A stretch of DNA of 64,000 nt from Candidatus Hydrothermarchaeum profundi (GTDB lineage Archaea; Hydrothermarchaeota; Hydrothermarchaeia; Hydrothermarchaeales; Hydrothermarchaeaceae): positions 840,989 to 904,988 of the forward strand of contig MTMF02000009.1 in NCBI GenBank assembly GCA_002011125.2. Direction: 5' to 3'. The position numbers were made by a program, and so were the translations under genes. Below the pieces are notes generated by a model. That model was not told the DNA's origin. It made no database searches and saw only the letters and a program-made list of their open reading frames with translations. This document shows, one piece after another, positions 61,752 to 64,000 of this stretch (position 1 is its first letter; each line of letters starts with the position of its first letter).

Positions 61752-62831
61752 TTATTTTGCTACACCGGTCTTTTCAAGGCATATCTCGAAGTCTTTTTTC
61801 TGCGGATCTTGATCCTCTATAATCGTGTATCTGTGGGGTCTGATAGTTTTCGAATACATAAGAGCTTCCAGCATCATTTTTTTGTTTAAGTTAATCTCTT
61901 TTGCTGTGGTTGGGGCAAGAATTTTCTCTAGCGAGTTTTTAAGTATCTCCCAGTCCCCTTCTCCATAACATTGCTGGTGCATGTATTCCATTATTATGGT
62001 GCCAATACCAACTTGTTCTCCATGAGTTCCGTCGCCGTAGCCCAAGTAATCTAGAGCATGGCTAAACTTATGGGCTGAGCCAGATACCGGTCTAGATGAC
62101 CCATACATGTTAATCGCTAGTCCACTCAATATCAGTCCACGCACTAGAAGCCTTAGAGAGCTGGTATTTTGGAAATTTAGTTCTCTAGAACTCTTTAAAA
62201 GCAGCATCGCAGGCATTGTAGATATGCTCGCGACTATTTCATCGTAGTCTTCGTCTCTCTTTTCTACTCCTAACATCCAATCTTTAACTTCAACGACATT
62301 TGATATAAGGTCCCCATATCCTGATCTTAGAAGTCTAACAGGACTGTCCTTAATGATTTCAAGGTCTGCGATAATAGAAACAGGGGATCCGACTTTGATT
62401 GAGATAGGTTTTCCTCTCTCCTTAAAACTAGCCAATGGTGAAGCTATTCCATCATGGGCCGCATTCGTAGGTATACTGATTAGAGGAGCATTTGAATGAA
62501 AGGCAACAACCTTAGCGACATCTAGCACTTTTCCACCGCCAACGCCAATAACAGCATCAGCATCACCTAAGCCGGCTCCTATCTCTTCCTCAATTTTCTT
62601 TGCAACTTGGCGTGAAGCGTTTCTGACAATAAATTTTTTAGTTCTACACTCCATAAGTTTCTGAACTTTTCTACCGGCCACCTTATCTGTTTTAGCTCCC
62701 GTCAATAATACTGCAAAGTTTATATCGTACTTTCTAGCGATTTTTTTTACATGCTCTATAGCGCCCCTATATACCCTAACATCAACAGGCAGGGATATCT
62801 GTTTTAAATGTTTAAACATCATATTTATCAC
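61752..62831 (-). CDS. egsA: sn-glycerol-1-phosphate dehydrogenase
   Basis: GGGKVLDVAK, HDGIASP, GDLISN, SRPVSGSAHKFSHALD, HGEQVG, RYTI. Confidence 0.88.
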   Translation of the reverse strand: MINMMFKHLKQISLPVDVRVYRGAIEHVKKIARKYDINFAVLLTGAKTDKVAGRKVQKLMECRTKKFIVRNASRQVAKKIEEEIGAGLGDADAVIGVGGGKVLDVAKVVAFHSNAPLISIPTNAAHDGIASPLASFKERGKPISIKVGSPVSIIADLEIIKDSPVRLLRSGYGDLISNVVEVKDWMLGVEKRDEDYDEIVASISTMPAMLLLKSSRELNFQNTSSLRLLVRGLILSGLAINMYGSSRPVSGSAHKFSHALDYLGYGDGTHGEQVGIGTIIMEYMHQQCYGEGDWEILKNSLEKILAPTTAKEINLNKKMMLEALMYSKTIRPHRYTIIEDQDPQKKDFEICLEKTGVAK

Positions 62832-63397
62832 ATCTGTTTCATTGAGTATATCATTCTATGAAATGTTGTAATAAATCCCAGCAGAGCTAGGAAAGCTAAG
62901 AGGTAGTAAATTTCTCCTATAAGCACTCCTATTATTATTGCCAGTATTCTGAAGTCTCGGGTTGCTAGGCCTACTTTACATTCAGCATCTACAGCTTCAG
63001 CCATTATCCTAGATACACTAACCAAGAAAGTTCCAACGATGGCGAGAGTACCCACCAGCCAGTATTTAAATGGATTAAGCGCTATTAAGGCGATTATCAG
63101 TCCTGCGTCTACAAATCGGTCTAATACTCTATCCAGATATGCGCCTTTTTTAGTCACCTTACCCGTCAACCTCGCTAAATCACCATCTGCGCAGTCCAGT
63201 ATTTGAGAGAATAGCAATACAACTACCCCGGCTATCGCATTATTTTTGGAAAGTAAATATGCTGCATAAAAGCCCGAAAATGTAGCAATCCATGTTACAT
63301 AGTTAGGGGAGATACCCGTAGGTATTAGCAGCCTAGCGAGAGGTATGGAAAATCTCCTGTAAACATAATTTGTTAAAGGATACTTCAGCTCTATCAT
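62828..63397 (-). CDS. CDP-alcohol phosphatidyltransferase family protein
   Basis: SPNYVT, DCADGDLAR...GAYLDRVLD signature. Confidence 0.92.
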   Translation of the reverse strand: MIELKYPLTNYVYRRFSIPLARLLIPTGISPNYVTWIATFSGFYAAYLLSKNNAIAGVVVLLFSQILDCADGDLARLTGKVTKKGAYLDRVLDRFVDAGLIIALIALNPFKYWLVGTLAIVGTFLVSVSRIMAEAVDAECKVGLATRDFRILAIIIGVLIGEIYYLLAFLALLGFITTFHRMIYSMKQM

Positions 63398-63555
63398 TTT
63401 TATTTTAAAGTTACTACGCGAAATATTAAAAGGGGACTCCGCGCATTTTCCTCTTTCTTATTTATTATTTTGCTTTTATTCCAACTAAACCCTATTTATC
63501 AGACAAAATTACTTACAACAAAACTTATTATAGTTCAATTTGTCTCTAAAGTAAA

Positions 63556-64000
63556 ATGAAGGCAGTGATTTTAGCAGCGGGAATGGGGAATAGGTTAGGG
63601 AGGCATACAGAGAACCTACCTAAGACTCTTTTACAGGTTGGCGGTAAGCCTCTATTACTCCATATTGTAGAGTGTATATACTCTAATGGTTTCAAAAAGC
63701 TGGTGATAGTTACAGGTTTTCAGCAAGATAAGATAAAGAAAGCCGTAGAGGAATTCTCCCTTCCAGATCTAGATGTAATCTATGCTCATAACCCGGATTA
63801 TGATTCTACAAACAACATATACAGCCTTAGGCTATCCGAGGAAGCTGTCCTCCCAGATGGTTTCCTTATCCTCAATTCTGATGTATATTTTCACCCATCT
63901 ATCTTGCAAAGGCTCATCGAATATAAAAAAGAGGGAATTATCTTATCGGTGGACGTAGAAAAAAAGTTGGGCAAGGAAGAGATGAAAGTGTCAATTAAGG
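63556..64000 (+). CDS. Nucleotidyltransferase (LicC/IPCT-like), partial at window end
   Basis: MKAVILAAGMGNRL..PKTLL, NPDYDSTNNIYSL, LNSD, EEMKV; runs off the window. Confidence 0.88.
   Translation, partial: MKAVILAAGMGNRLGRHTENLPKTLLQVGGKPLLLHIVECIYSNGFKKLVIVTGFQQDKIKKAVEEFSLPDLDVIYAHNPDYDSTNNIYSLRLSEEAVLPDGFLILNSDVYFHPSILQRLIEYKKEGIILSVDVEKKLGKEEMKVSIK

Overview
Gene-dense window from an anaerobic, probably thermophilic euryarchaeon-like archaeon. Evidence: A-type ATPase, RadA/RPA, L35Ae, EgsA, Tes, Mch, methanogenesis marker 2 and di-myo-inositol-phosphate genes. The content would fit e.g. Hydrothermarchaeota, but that assignment is inference. The window is mostly housekeeping and ether-lipid metabolism, with two tRNAs (Arg-CCG, Pro-CGG), a small decayed accessory patch after tRNA-Arg, and no CRISPR array or intact mobile element. 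The most striking structure is at about 34.7-42.8 kb. Two operons diverge from one intergenic region that carries a near-consensus Phr-type heat-shock operator. The left arm is UPF0182 - membrane-anchored Hsp20-like - RlmE. The right arm is inositol-1-P synthase - IPCT/DIPPS - radical SAM/SPASM (candidate GMGT synthase). Each arm ends in a 44-46 aa four-CxxC microprotein that the ORF track misses, and the two look paralogous. Other oddities: a QueH in an archaeon, L35Ae with a histone-H1-like tail, a tandem palindromic operator before an AAA+ ATPase, a pentaheme cytochrome lipoprotein and a Cys-rich lipoprotein. All calls come from reading motifs by eye; no searches were run.
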